NCBI RefSeq assembly: GCF_036971445.1
Contig: NC_091469.1
Coordinates: 219,170,001 to 219,234,000 of the forward strand
DNA: 64,000 nt
Reading direction: 5' to 3'
From: Narcine bancroftii
Taxonomy: Eukaryota
The notes beneath the pieces are model-generated. The model did no database searches. It was given only the letters and a program-made list of their open reading frames with translations, and was not told the DNA's origin. This document shows, one piece after another, positions 62,500-64,000 of this stretch. The position numbers and the translations under genes were made by a program. The number at the start of each line of letters is the position of its first letter. Within the stretch, counting starts at the first letter, position 1.

Positions 62500-63015
62500 T
62501 AGAACAGTATAGCACAGGAATAGGACCTTTAACCAATTATATCTGTGTCTATCGTAATGCTCAAATGAAAATAGAACTCAGCTGCTTGTGTCTATCCATC
62601 CATGTCCCAAATATTTAAATGCTACTATTGTATCTACTTCCACACTTCAGCCTGTCCATTCTCTCTGTTTAAAAAATAACATCCCACTCATCTCTTTTAA
62701 ACTTCCTCCTCCCCTCACCTTATCGCAAGGCCTCTCTCATGCGGCATTTTTACGCTGGGCTAAAGATTCTGACTGTCTACCCTAAGAACCTCTTATAATT
62801 TTAGAAAATTCTATCAGGTCTCCCTTCATCTTCGCTCCAGAGAGAAAAAAACAAGGCCGTCCAACATACCCCCAGAGATCGTACTCTCTAATTCAGGAAG
62901 AAACCTGGTAAATTTCTTCTGTACCCTCTCACATCCTTCCTGTAACGGGTGGCCAGAATTACCCAAAGTTCAGCCTAACCAAAGTTTTATATACCCATGT
63001 CATGACTTCATTACT
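62500..63015 (-). mobile_element. CR1 LINE 3' end
   Basis: 'agaacagtatagcacaggaataggaccttt' tail and 'ctatcaggtctcccttcatc' (reverse complement of RGDLIE). Confidence 0.8.
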
Positions 63016-63630
63016 TAGAGTAAAAGGGTGGATAGGGAGAGAATTGGTCCCATTGAAGATTAAAAAGGACATCTTTGTGTGGAGTCACAGGAGATGGGTG
63101 TGGTCTTTACTGTGGAGGAGATGATGGAACCCAAGGAATTGGAGGAAACAAGTGGGGAGGTGCTGAACCATATTGGAACCATCAGGCCCGAAATGTCGGT
63201 AATATGCCTCTACCTCCTATGGGCACTGCTTCACCGGCTGAGTACCTCGATCTTTTCTGTGTTTTTACTACGATCGCAGTGACTGCAAACTTTCATGTTT
63301 CAGTCCTACCAGAGGGTGGAGCAGTCTTGGAGGGCATTAAATTGGACAAATCCACATGGCCTGATGAAGTGCATCTCTGCACTATGTGAGAAGGCAGAGA
63401 AGAAATTACAGAGGCCCTTGCTGAGCGTGGGTGACGTGCTAGAGAACTGGAGGGTGGCTAATGTTGGGTCATAATTAAAAAGGCGCAGCAAGGACAGATC
63501 AGTCAACTACAGGCTAGTGAACTTGACAACAGTGGTTGGAAAATTGCAGGAGAGAATTCTGACAGACAGGATCTACATTTTGATTGTCAAGGACTGATTG
63601 GAAATAATCAGCATGTCTGTGCATGACAGA
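63016..63630 (+). mobile_element. CR1 LINE internal ORF2 fragment
   Basis: VFTVEE, LDKSTWPDEVH, 'tggagggtggctaatgtt', NYRLVNLTTVVGK. Confidence 0.8.
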
Positions 63631-63636
63631 TCCACT

Positions 63637-63895
63637 AAATTTAAATTTAGACATGCAGCACAGTAACTGACCATTTTGGTACACGAGTCCAGACCGCCTA
63701 ATTTACACTCGATTAACCTACAACCCCTAGTACATTTCATACGGTGGGAGGAAACCGGAGCCCGTGGGGAAAATCCACACAGACACAGGGAGGACTTACA
63801 AACTCCTTATGGACAGCATGGGATTCAAACCCCGGTCCTGATCGCTGGCGCTGTAACAGCGTCAGGCTAACCACTACGCTGACCATGCCACCCAG
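63637..63895 (-). mobile_element. tRNA-derived V-SINE (HE1-like)
   Basis: B box 'gggattcaaaccc', V-domain 'gggaggaaaccggagc...ccacacagacacaggg', tail aaatttaaattt. Confidence 0.87.
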
Positions 63896-64000
63896 CCATA
63901 CCCGCTCATTAATCTGAAGTGATAACCAAAAGGATTGAAGAGGGCAGGCCAGTGGGCATGACATATATGCACATTAGCAAGGCCTTTAACCTTGCAGGTT

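Overview
This is eukaryotic, repeat-rich, non-coding DNA, either intergenic or deep intronic. The repeat repertoire (HE1/V-SINE-type tRNA SINEs, HER1-like CR1 LINEs, Rex1/Babar LINEs, Penelope-like elements) points to a cartilaginous fish, probably a ray or skate; this is an inference. I recognise no intact host gene. Almost every ORF with recognisable homology is a decayed retroelement fragment. Main contents: (1) two full-length decayed Gypsy LTR retrotransposons, a CsRn1-like element at 13064-17217 (-) and a second element at 51793-56060 (+) whose PBS position is complementary to its own LTR rather than to a tRNA; (2) a 5'-truncated Gmr1-type Gypsy with integrase upstream of RT; (3) two related solo LTRs with different U3 regions; (4) six young RTE-clade LINE insertions, one with a twin-priming-like 5' inversion; (5) a 5S-rRNA-derived SINE, Penelope remnants with degenerate hammerhead cores, and hAT and Tc1 remnants; (6) a 144-N assembly gap. 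Unique sequence at about 30-32 kb carries a candidate recursive splice site and a strong CTCF motif. Family names come from recalled motifs, not database searches, and boundaries of old repeats are approximate.
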